DNA from: Kiritimatiellia bacterium
GTDB lineage: Bacteria; Verrucomicrobiota; Kiritimatiellia; JAAZAB01
Length of the DNA: 64,000 nt
Direction of reading: 5' to 3'
Assembly: GCA_040767085.1 (NCBI GenBank)
Contig: JAXGPF010000010.1
Coordinates: 173,133-237,132, forward strand
In this document: in pieces, positions 49,408 to 57,739 of the stretch
How the letters are laid out: every line of letters begins with the position of its first letter
Position numbering within the stretch: the stretch's first letter is position 1
Made by a program: the position numbers and the translations under genes
Notes under the pieces: model-generated
What the model was told of the DNA's origin: nothing
The model's input: only the letters and a program-made list of their open reading frames with translations
Database searches by the model: none

Positions 49408-51217
49408 CATTGACGGTATCGAAGGACAACTTATCCGCTTTGCCGCCACCAAGGACGAGAACCGGCAAGGGGTTACACTCCTTGGCCTTGCAAAACAGGT
49501 TGTGAGAGAGGGATTCAGTCGCGTCGCCAAGGCAGTTGAGACCTTGGATGGTGATTGGTCGTCGATTCTCACCGATCAGGGATACACCGTTCAACTGGCT
49601 CCACCTGACGTGCCGAAGGTTTCCGCTGGCCTTGATTTGCCGCTCGCAATCATGCTGCTGTACGCAAGCATACTCCAAAATCTTGACACACTCGCAGATC
49701 AAATCACAAAGCTGAATGATGAGGCGGCCAAAGCCACGGACCGGAAAAACGGGGAAGAGATTCGACATCGGTTGCTCGACACCATCGAGAATCTTGTTCG
49801 GCAGCGGGAGCTGATTCTTAAGTACCGAGAACGCCTTACCGCAAATGATGGCAAGTACCTTCTCATCGGGACTCTCGACATTTGCACAGGCAATCTTGCG
49901 CCCCCACAGTACGGTATATTCGGCATGATCTCCGCCGCGCAACCCGGTTTCACGGTCATCATCCCAGAGGACTCACGGATTCACGGAGCCGTCATAGGCA
50001 AGAGCCGGCCAGACATCCGCGTACATGTTGCCAAAAACCTCCGAGAGGTTTGGTACGTTGTTCTTGGCGTCAACAGGCCCCGACCAGCCACATACAAGAT
50101 GTCCGACATTCGCCGCAAACGGCTTTGTCACTACGTCCCGGACTTACGTGCAATCGATGGTGTTGCTCGTGCTAAGAAGGCAATGGTAGTCGCCCTCGCT
50201 GGCGGTCACAACATGCTAATGGTTGGTCCACCCGGACAGGGCAAGACGATGCTGTGCAAGGCTGCGACGGACCTGCTGCCGCGCCTTACGCATGTCGAAA
50301 TGTTTGAGGTGAACAAGGTTTTCAGTGCTGCTGGGGAACTCCGGGCTGATGAAGTAGTGCTTGATAGACCATTCCAAACTGCGACGAATGACGCGACAGA
50401 CAAAGCCATCTTCGGCGGCGGCCACCGTCCGCCGTTGCCGGGCATCGTGTCGCTTGCGCACAATGGCGTTCTCCTTCTTGATGAAATTAACACCTTCAAA
50501 TCTCACATCACGCAACAACTCCGAATCACACTAAGCGACCGCATTCAGAAGGTACAGCGACTCGGAGCCACAATCGAATACCCGTGCAGATTCATCCTCT
50601 TTGCCGCAATGAATCCCTGCAAGTGCGGTTGGTATGGACACTTTCATTGCTCCTCATGCAAGGCCATCTACATCGATCCCGACGTACGCTGTGCCTGTGG
50701 CAATAGTAAGCTCCTGCCAAAGTGCCACTGCTCGCGTCGAGATGTATCGGCGTTCCGTGACCGATTGAGCGGCCCACTACTCCGCCTGCAGGTACTACTT
50801 GACAGGATTGATCTTAAAGTGCTGGTCTCTGCATATGACGCCGAATTGGGCACCTATGACACAACGTCAAACAGTGTGAGACGGCGGATAGAGGGTGCGC
50901 GGAAGATTCAGGGCGAGAGATATGCTGACTCCGTCTTCGGCATCTGCAACGCACATGTTCCTGACCGTTCGCAGTTCGAGAAGTTCTGCCCTTCACTGAG
51001 TTCATCGGTTTCCGAGCTTGTTGATCAACACACCCGACGCATCGGCACAAAGCGAATGGAAGTTAATCTACTTCTTGTTGCGAGAACCATAGCCGACCTG
51101 AACGAAAGCCGACACATCTCTATGGATCATGTACACGAGGCCGTGAACCTGATGGGATTGGAGAGTCCCTACTTCTCTGACAGATTGCACGAAGGCAATA
51201 TGTCACGGATATGGTAG
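49388..51217 (+). CDS. Divergent ComM/YifB-like (Mg-chelatase/MCM-type) AAA+ ATPase
   Basis: LAPPDVPK...LDLPLA, GGHNMLMVGPPGQGKT, SLAHNGVLLLDE, AAMNPCKCG, SGPLL...DRIDL, VARTIADL. Confidence 0.9.
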   Translation: MEVYGADIDGIEGQLIRFAATKDENRQGVTLLGLAKQVVREGFSRVAKAVETLDGDWSSILTDQGYTVQLAPPDVPKVSAGLDLPLAIMLLYASILQNLDTLADQITKLNDEAAKATDRKNGEEIRHRLLDTIENLVRQRELILKYRERLTANDGKYLLIGTLDICTGNLAPPQYGIFGMISAAQPGFTVIIPEDSRIHGAVIGKSRPDIRVHVAKNLREVWYVVLGVNRPRPATYKMSDIRRKRLCHYVPDLRAIDGVARAKKAMVVALAGGHNMLMVGPPGQGKTMLCKAATDLLPRLTHVEMFEVNKVFSAAGELRADEVVLDRPFQTATNDATDKAIFGGGHRPPLPGIVSLAHNGVLLLDEINTFKSHITQQLRITLSDRIQKVQRLGATIEYPCRFILFAAMNPCKCGWYGHFHCSSCKAIYIDPDVRCACGNSKLLPKCHCSRRDVSAFRDRLSGPLLRLQVLLDRIDLKVLVSAYDAELGTYDTTSNSVRRRIEGARKIQGERYADSVFGICNAHVPDRSQFEKFCPSLSSSVSELVDQHTRRIGTKRMEVNLLLVARTIADLNESRHISMDHVHEAVNLMGLESPYFSDRLHEGNMSRIW

Positions 51218-51291
51218 GATTGAGAAATGAAAGTAGACCGCTCTAACAACTGCTTCCAAAGCGCCCGAAATTGGCGAGTGCATCTTCCATA

Positions 51292-51471
51292 GAGAAACTC
51301 CCGACACTGTCGGGAAAATCCGAGATTGCGCAGACGGTGTTTGCACAATCGCTTGCTTCGTCCTTTCCTCTTTCCTAATCCCATTATGTCCGCTTGATCT
51401 CGGTTAATAATCCATTAGCCAGGGCCTTCTATGAGGCCGAGGCGATCCGGGGCGGCTGGTCGGTGCGCCAG
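51292..51471 (+). pseudogene. Internal fragment of a YhcG/DUF1016 (PD-(D/E)XK nuclease-associated) gene
   Basis: Translates ...QTVFAQS..SFPLS*SHYVRLISVNNPLARAFYEAEAIRGGWSVRQ. Stop at 51376 where W is expected. Confidence 0.75.
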
Positions 51472-51495
51472 AGCCGTTGCGTTTGTAATGTGGCA

Positions 51496-51718
51496 ATTTG
51501 CTCCCCATTTGCTCCCCATTAGCGCCCCAAAGCGCTTCAATAGCGCCCCAAGATGGGGAGGAGCAAATTAATGCTCATGCAGGCTTGCCGTGCCGGATTT
51601 TGCCTGAATTGTATATCTTTGACTACAAGCATATTACAAAATATGATGGAGCGGGCTAGTCTGGCGGGCAGGCGAATTTGCCGCTAAACGGCAAGTTTTT
51701 GCTCCTCATTTGCTCCCC
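51496..51718. repeat. 11-bp direct repeats (atttgctcccc family)
   Basis: Exact copies at 51496, 51507 and 51708. Variants at 51518, 51539 and 51697. Inverted variant near 51555-68. Confidence 0.75.
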
Positions 51719-51974
51719 ATGTCGGAGATATGGTAGTTACGGCTAAATTTAAAGGGGTTTATCGAAATCATGGTTGGGTATCGGCCGGAATCTTGACAAA
51801 CAAAAACCGATATGCCATCTTTTAAATCATCGTTGGAGGGATGGATTAAGGATATCTCACAAAGTCGCCAAACTGCCAAGAAAACCTGCCTTGCCATGCG
51901 ATAATTCGGTGAAACCATTGCAAAACCAACTCAATCCTTCTCCGTCAGCACCGGCGCGCCGGGAATTGAATGAA

Positions 51975-52550
51975 ATGTCGGTTTTGTTCCCCCTGCTTTC
52001 GATTTACACGGTTGGTTTCCTGGCCTTGTCTGCGGCGGATTTCCTGCTGGGGCCAGCGCTGGATTTGCCGGAAGGCATGATGCCGCTTTATATTGCCCTC
52101 CTCGGCGCTTATGCCACGGACAAGGAAATCCGGCGCTGGATCGGCCTGACCGAGCCGCCGCGCAAGGGCACGATTTTTGTCTATCTCTGGCTCTTGCTGT
52201 ACCTGGGTTTTTACCTGGTCCAAGTTTTCAAGCCTAACTATGCCATGCCGCCGCACATGCTGTCGGTATGCCTCCAGGTACTGGGGATATTTTTCGGCAG
52301 CAAAACATCCAAGTATCTCCATTCGAATCGTACCAGCCGGCAGGAGGTTGAGTCCGACCGCCGCCGACAGGTGCTGGAAATGATCAAGGCGCAGGGCAGA
52401 ATAACCCGGCAAATGGTGGAACAGGAATTGCGGATTTCCTCTTCTCATGCCAGCCGGCTTCTCCAGACCATGGAACGCGCCGGGTTGATCGTCAGACACG
52501 GCTCATCCCGCAGTACGCATTACACGGCGGCGGAGACGGGACAATCATAA
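51975..52550 (+). CDS. Membrane protein with C-terminal winged-helix HTH
   Basis: About 4 hydrophobic segments, then VLEMIK..G.ITR..V...L.IS...ASR.L..M...G.I..HG..R.T.Y. Confidence 0.75.
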   Translation: MSVLFPLLSIYTVGFLALSAADFLLGPALDLPEGMMPLYIALLGAYATDKEIRRWIGLTEPPRKGTIFVYLWLLLYLGFYLVQVFKPNYAMPPHMLSVCLQVLGIFFGSKTSKYLHSNRTSRQEVESDRRRQVLEMIKAQGRITRQMVEQELRISSSHASRLLQTMERAGLIVRHGSSRSTHYTAAETGQS

Positions 52551-52743
52551 TCGCCAGCCTGATCAATCATTGCATAATAAGGTTGCCAATTCAACCCAAC
52601 TCGCAATGCGTACAATATTGTGTGCGTTAATCAGGCTGGTGCTTTATACGCGTTGCTATTAAACCAGAATATTATTGTAAAATATTGCATTATAAATACA
52701 ATTCGCTTTTTATAAGTAGATAATAATATCTTTTCTGTTTGCC

Positions 52744-53817
52744 ATGGAGCAGAAATATCAACGGGTGGCGGAACTGATCAGGGATGATTGCCGGCGGCGC
52801 AATCTGCCGACGGAGGCATATCTGCCGACGGAAGTTGAGTTGGCGGCTTCCTTCAAGGTGAACCGGCTGACGGTGCGGCGGGCGTTGAAACACCTGGAAA
52901 ACCAGCGGATCGTTTCGCCTGTGACCGGCAAGCGGCGGCGGTTGCTGGCCGCCGCCGGGCCGGCGCCCAAAACCAGCCTGGTGGCCTGTCTCGGGCGCAG
53001 CAGTTCTTCCCCGGCCGGCACTTTCGGCAACCTGGTGTTTGCCCGCATGTTTGAACACATGGCCCGGGTGTTTCAAGCTTCAAATTTAAGCTTGCTGGGC
53101 ATCCCGATCGACGTCTCAGTAACAAAACCGCCCGAAGTTGTCTTCAGTTCCCTGATGAAAGCCCTGCTGGTGTTTGAATCCCTGCCGCGGAGCTTTGCGC
53201 TGCCGGATGTCCATATACCGGTAATTACCGTGAATCCCCCTCCCAATAGTTGCATTCAAGCTGATTTTAAAATTGATTTTGACTCTTTCGGTCTGTCCGG
53301 CCAGGCAGTGGCCAAGCTGTCGGAACTGGGGCATCGCCGGATGGTCTGGGTGGAGTGGGCGGACCGCGGTCTCGGAACTTTCGCGGTAGAGCGGACCGGC
53401 TACGAAAGCGCGTTGAAGCGCATTGGCCTGAATCCGCCGGTTTACCTGGAAATCGAAAATTTCCCGGCGCCGGATCTGATCAAGGTTCAACTCCAGATTC
53501 AGCGGCTCATCCGCGAGCGGCCGGATGTGGACGGATTCATCACCGCCAGCAGCGACTTGAATCCGTTTTTAATGGCCGGGTTGTCCGCCGTGGGCGTGGC
53601 GGTGCCGGAGCAGGCATCGGTGCTGGCGCTGGCCGGGCAGGAGCCTTCCGCCGGCGCCCGCCATGTTTCCGGTTATTACAATGATTATCCGGCGATTGCC
53701 GAAACGATTTGCGAATATACGCGCCTGATCATTGCCGGACAGGTCAAAAATGTCGATCGGATCACTCTGGGTAAAAACCGCTGGGAGCCGGGCGAAACAG
53801 TGCGCAAGCGTAATTGA
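52744..53817 (+). CDS. GntR-HTH + LacI-type sensor domain transcriptional regulator
   Basis: KYQRV...LPTEVELAASFKVNRLTVRRAL, L..LGHRR, ER..GY..AL, G..VPE..SV. Confidence 0.88.
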   Translation: MEQKYQRVAELIRDDCRRRNLPTEAYLPTEVELAASFKVNRLTVRRALKHLENQRIVSPVTGKRRRLLAAAGPAPKTSLVACLGRSSSSPAGTFGNLVFARMFEHMARVFQASNLSLLGIPIDVSVTKPPEVVFSSLMKALLVFESLPRSFALPDVHIPVITVNPPPNSCIQADFKIDFDSFGLSGQAVAKLSELGHRRMVWVEWADRGLGTFAVERTGYESALKRIGLNPPVYLEIENFPAPDLIKVQLQIQRLIRERPDVDGFITASSDLNPFLMAGLSAVGVAVPEQASVLALAGQEPSAGARHVSGYYNDYPAIAETICEYTRLIIAGQVKNVDRITLGKNRWEPGETVRKRN

Positions 53818-53863
53818 ACCATGGAGAAATAATATGCGCCAAAACGCAACAAGGAAACGTACA

Positions 53864-56707
53864 ATGCAACATCAATACGGCCCGGCGCCGTTCTGGACAT
53901 GGGCGGGCAATATCACTCCGGAAAAGATTGATCGGGACCTGAAACGGTTCCGCGATATGGAAATCTACGAACTGGTCATCATGCCATTGTACGGGCTGGT
54001 GCAGCCTTACCTGGGGCGGGATTACCTGCGGTTGTATGAGCATGCCTGCAAGCGTTGCCGGCAATACGACCAGAAAATCTGGATTTACGACGAATTCAAC
54101 TGGCCCAGCGGCACCTGCGCCGGCAAAGTCCTGCGCGAACACCCGGAAGCACGCAAAAAAATCATCCGATTCGAATTCCCCGGCATCGGACAATCCGGCC
54201 AGCCAACCTGGAAAATCGAGGAATACGCCGGGTTCGACCTGGCGGCTTACGGCTCGGAATGGTCGCTGAATTCCACGGGATACCTGGATACGCTCAGCGC
54301 CCCGGCGGTCGGCCATTACATCCGGATGACGCACGAAGCTTACCGTGACGCGATCGGCGGCTATTTCAGGGATGTAATTCTCGGGTTCTTTACCGATGAA
54401 CCGGTGCTGCTGCGTGCCGGGCGTGCCCTGCCTTTTACGCCGGGGTTGTTTGAACTCTTCCGGCAACGCTATGGCTACGACCTGGAAAAAAACATCCTGG
54501 GGCTTGTGACCGATACGCCGCTGGCGCCGCGCCTCCGCCGCGATTACTGGGCGCTGGTGACCGAATTGTTTAAAATCAACTTCTTCCGCCAGTACGCCGG
54601 CTGGTGCGGCAGGCATGGCCTGCAGATGACCGGGCACCTGCTTTACGAGGAAATGCTGTCCGGCCAGGTCCAGTTTAACGGCGATGTGTATGACACGCTG
54701 GCCGAAATGCAGGCGCCGGGCATTGACATGCTGCAGGGCTTGACCAGCTTTGACCGCCGCGGCCTGCGCGATGCGTTCGGCGGCGAGGCTTGCGCCGATA
54801 TCACCGGCAAACTGATCGAAAGTGTCGGGTTTTTCGCCGGCAAGCAACGCCTGCTGTGCGAAGTGTGCGGCGTGACAGCGCATAGCGGGACGGCCCAGTT
54901 TTACAAGCGCGCCATGGATTATCTTTTCCACCACGGCATCAGCCTGATGAATGACAACCTGTTTGCCGACTCGCAAGGCGGTTTCCGTTCCGGATTCGGC
55001 TGCCATTCCTTCTGGACGCCCTGGACGCGGCATTACAAGCTGCTCTCGCGCCATGTCTGCGCGATGTCGCGGCTGAATTCCGGTTCGCGCCTGGAAACCA
55101 ATCTCGGCATTTTGTACCCCCGGCAGGATCTTTGGCGGCGGTTCGGGCCGCCGGGCACATTTCATGGCAGCCAACCGCCAGAGCCGGCATGGCATGCCAC
55201 CCAGCAAACCTTTTTAAACCTGACGCACGGCCTGATCCGGCGGCATTGGAATTACTATTATGTTTTCGAACAGGCCCTGGCCCGGGCGGAATTCCCGCGG
55301 CACGGGATGCAGATTGACGGGTTTGAATGCCGGGCGCTGATTTTGCCCGACCTGTACGCGGTCTCGGAAACGGACGCGGCCATGCTCAAGCGGTTTCTCG
55401 ACAATGGCGGCTGCTTGATTTGCGCGCAACGGCGTCCGCTGATTTTCGGCGCGGATGGCCGGACGCGGGCGGCAACGTGGCTCCGCGGTCCGCGGGTGTT
55501 CGATGTGCGGTGCGGCATGTCAGAATTGGCTGACCGGACCGCGCGGATGCTGGAAAAAATCGCGCCGCGTAAGGTGGCCATCAGCGGCGACCATACGGAT
55601 GCAGTCATGTTGACCCACCGGCATGCCCGCGGCCGGGAATGGGTGTTCCTGACTAATTTTGGCGAGCAAGCCGCCGATGTGCGGACGAATCTGGACGGCC
55701 ATTGGCGGCTCGCGGAACCCGGCGGGATGGCTGATGCCGGTAAATCCCCGCGGCGCTTTCTCCTGCTGCCGAACGAGTCGGTGTTGTTTGCCAGGACTGA
55801 TCGGAAAGCGCCGGCATTACCGGCGCCGGCTCAATCCGGCACGGCAATGCGGCTGCCGGCGGAATGGTCGTTCCGCCTGCCCCAGGGCAACACCTTGAAC
55901 CTGCCGTTGCAAATTTTCAGCGGCGCATGCCGCGGAAAATTCCCGCCGGCTGCAGGCGGGAAATGGTCCGCGCCCTTCGCGGAGATTGCGCCCTTTGACC
56001 TGCTGCCCGGCCACACATACTGGCTGCGGGCGGAATTAAACATTGAAGGAATCTCCGGGGGCTTGCATTTGATCGCCGACGGCCGCGATCAATGCGAGGT
56101 GTTTCTCAATCGCCGCCGCGCGGCCGGCCATGCCGGCCGGCCATTGTGGGATGACGCCAATCTGACTTTCAATTTGCCGGGTTGTGCGCGCCCCGGCAAG
56201 CATGAAATCCTGATCCGCTATACCCCGCACCGGGAGCGAAAATATGCCAGCCGATTCTGGCCGCTGACCAGCCTGCCGCCCTTCGTGCTGGCCGGCGGGT
56301 TTGTCGTGGATCCCAAGCGCCATCGCGAAGGATTCAGGGTGCTGCGGCCCGTTCCCAAAATTATGCCGCTGGGCGATTTATTTGCCATGGGGCTGCCGGG
56401 CATTGCCGGTCTGGTGGAATATTCCACCACGGTTAATTTATCCCGCCAACCGCGGCAGATGCTGCTTGACCTTGGCGCGCAGCGGGATACATTTGAAGTG
56501 GTCGTCAACGGACGGGATGCCGGCGCGCTGCTGTGGCCGCCGTACCGGCTGGAGATCGGCGGGCTGATTAAAAAAGGCCGCAACCGCATAACTTTGCGCC
56601 TGCGCACCGCCATGAGCGGAATTCTTTCAAATTCATACCGCAAGCTGGAAACCAGCCGGCCGCCGGTGGGCTTGCTGGAAATCCCGATGTTGGTTGCTGG
56701 CGATTAA
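53864..56707 (+). CDS. Glycoside hydrolase, GH106 (alpha-L-rhamnosidase)-like with C-terminal sugar-binding domain
   Basis: PFW.W, WIYDEFNWPSG..AG.V, GFFTDEP, GHLL.EE, PGID.L, VNG...G...WPPY..EI...K.G.N. Start could be 53834. Confidence 0.75.
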   Translation: MQHQYGPAPFWTWAGNITPEKIDRDLKRFRDMEIYELVIMPLYGLVQPYLGRDYLRLYEHACKRCRQYDQKIWIYDEFNWPSGTCAGKVLREHPEARKKIIRFEFPGIGQSGQPTWKIEEYAGFDLAAYGSEWSLNSTGYLDTLSAPAVGHYIRMTHEAYRDAIGGYFRDVILGFFTDEPVLLRAGRALPFTPGLFELFRQRYGYDLEKNILGLVTDTPLAPRLRRDYWALVTELFKINFFRQYAGWCGRHGLQMTGHLLYEEMLSGQVQFNGDVYDTLAEMQAPGIDMLQGLTSFDRRGLRDAFGGEACADITGKLIESVGFFAGKQRLLCEVCGVTAHSGTAQFYKRAMDYLFHHGISLMNDNLFADSQGGFRSGFGCHSFWTPWTRHYKLLSRHVCAMSRLNSGSRLETNLGILYPRQDLWRRFGPPGTFHGSQPPEPAWHATQQTFLNLTHGLIRRHWNYYYVFEQALARAEFPRHGMQIDGFECRALILPDLYAVSETDAAMLKRFLDNGGCLICAQRRPLIFGADGRTRAATWLRGPRVFDVRCGMSELADRTARMLEKIAPRKVAISGDHTDAVMLTHRHARGREWVFLTNFGEQAADVRTNLDGHWRLAEPGGMADAGKSPRRFLLLPNESVLFARTDRKAPALPAPAQSGTAMRLPAEWSFRLPQGNTLNLPLQIFSGACRGKFPPAAGGKWSAPFAEIAPFDLLPGHTYWLRAELNIEGISGGLHLIADGRDQCEVFLNRRRAAGHAGRPLWDDANLTFNLPGCARPGKHEILIRYTPHRERKYASRFWPLTSLPPFVLAGGFVVDPKRHREGFRVLRPVPKIMPLGDLFAMGLPGIAGLVEYSTTVNLSRQPRQMLLDLGAQRDTFEVVVNGRDAGALLWPPYRLEIGGLIKKGRNRITLRLRTAMSGILSNSYRKLETSRPPVGLLEIPMLVAGD

Positions 56708-56738
56708 GCAATACCACCGCGCAATATCCATATATTAG

Positions 56739-57034
56739 CTGCGCGACCTGGCGCGGATTTTCGCGGAACGCGGGCATATCTTTGAAATTATGAATATAAC
56801 ATCTGGCATTGGTATCCCCGGATGTTGCCGGAACGGTTTGCCGCCGGGTTCGGCGAAATCGTCAGGATGTTTGCCGCGGCCGGCGCAAGATTTTCGCTGG
56901 GTTCCGACGCGCATTCCCTGTGCGGCGTGGGCAACCTGGGCTGGGCGCTGAAAGTGGCGCGGGATTGCCGGGTGGCGGCGCATGTTATCCGGCCGGTCTG
57001 GCTGAATGAGAAATGCGTCCAGGCGAATTCATGA
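56739..57034 (+). pseudogene. C-terminal fragment of a PHP-domain phosphatase, frameshifted
   Basis: LARIFAERGHIFEI in one frame, FSLGSDAHS in another. No N-terminal part. Confidence 0.65.
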
Positions 57035-57075
57035 GTAAAACAGCATCGTAAGGCCAGCAGGATGCACAAGGTAAT

Positions 57076-57735
57076 ATGATTATTTTCATTGTCACCGATT
57101 CGTACGATAATTTCTGCAAGGGTGGTTGGCTCAAGGCGCGCAACACCCTCCAGGACATTGCGCGGGATGACTGCCTGGTGATGCATTACACCCAGGCCAC
57201 CCTGGACACGGTGCAGCGGATCCGTCCCCGGGCCATCTGCGGCAGCGGCGGATGCGCGCCTTACGATTCTTACGATATCCTGGACTGCGCCGCGTACAGA
57301 CGCCTGGTAACTGAAAGCGCGATCCCGCAGCTCGGCATCTGCCGCAGCCACCAGTTGCTGGCGCATTACTTCGGCGGGCGGATCGGCCGGATGCGCAAAC
57401 TGAAACCGGATGAAACGGACCTGGCGGAATACAGCCCGGGCTATTTCAAGGAGTGGGGCGTCTGCCCGGTGCGCGTGATCAAAGACGACCCGCTGTTTGC
57501 CGGATGCGGCAAAACCATCCGGGTGCGCCAGGCGCATGCCTGGGAAGTCAAGCGGCCCGGCGCAGGCTTCGTGCGCCTGGCGGAGTCGCCGCATTGCGCG
57601 GTGCAGGCCGTCCGCCACCGGCAGCTACCGATTTACGGCGTCCAATTTCACCCGGAATTCCGGCAGGCCGCCTATCCGGACGGATTGCGCATCCTGAAAA
57701 ACTTTTTCAAATTTGCCCGCGCCCGGCGGGTATGA
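57076..57735 (+). CDS. Class I glutamine amidotransferase-like protein
   Basis: SGG, LGICRSHQL nucleophile, YGVQFHPE. Confidence 0.88.
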   Translation: MIIFIVTDSYDNFCKGGWLKARNTLQDIARDDCLVMHYTQATLDTVQRIRPRAICGSGGCAPYDSYDILDCAAYRRLVTESAIPQLGICRSHQLLAHYFGGRIGRMRKLKPDETDLAEYSPGYFKEWGVCPVRVIKDDPLFAGCGKTIRVRQAHAWEVKRPGAGFVRLAESPHCAVQAVRHRQLPIYGVQFHPEFRQAAYPDGLRILKNFFKFARARRV

Positions 57736-57739
57736 AAGC

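Noticed and set aside
49388-51217. True magnesium chelatase subunit
   Set aside because: The motifs are those of the ComM/YifB clade, and there are no chelatase or tetrapyrrole genes nearby.
45038-52550. Integrative element or prophage with a tRNA 3' duplication (attR)
   Set aside because: I found no repeat of the tRNA-Pro 3' end downstream and no integrase or phage structural genes.
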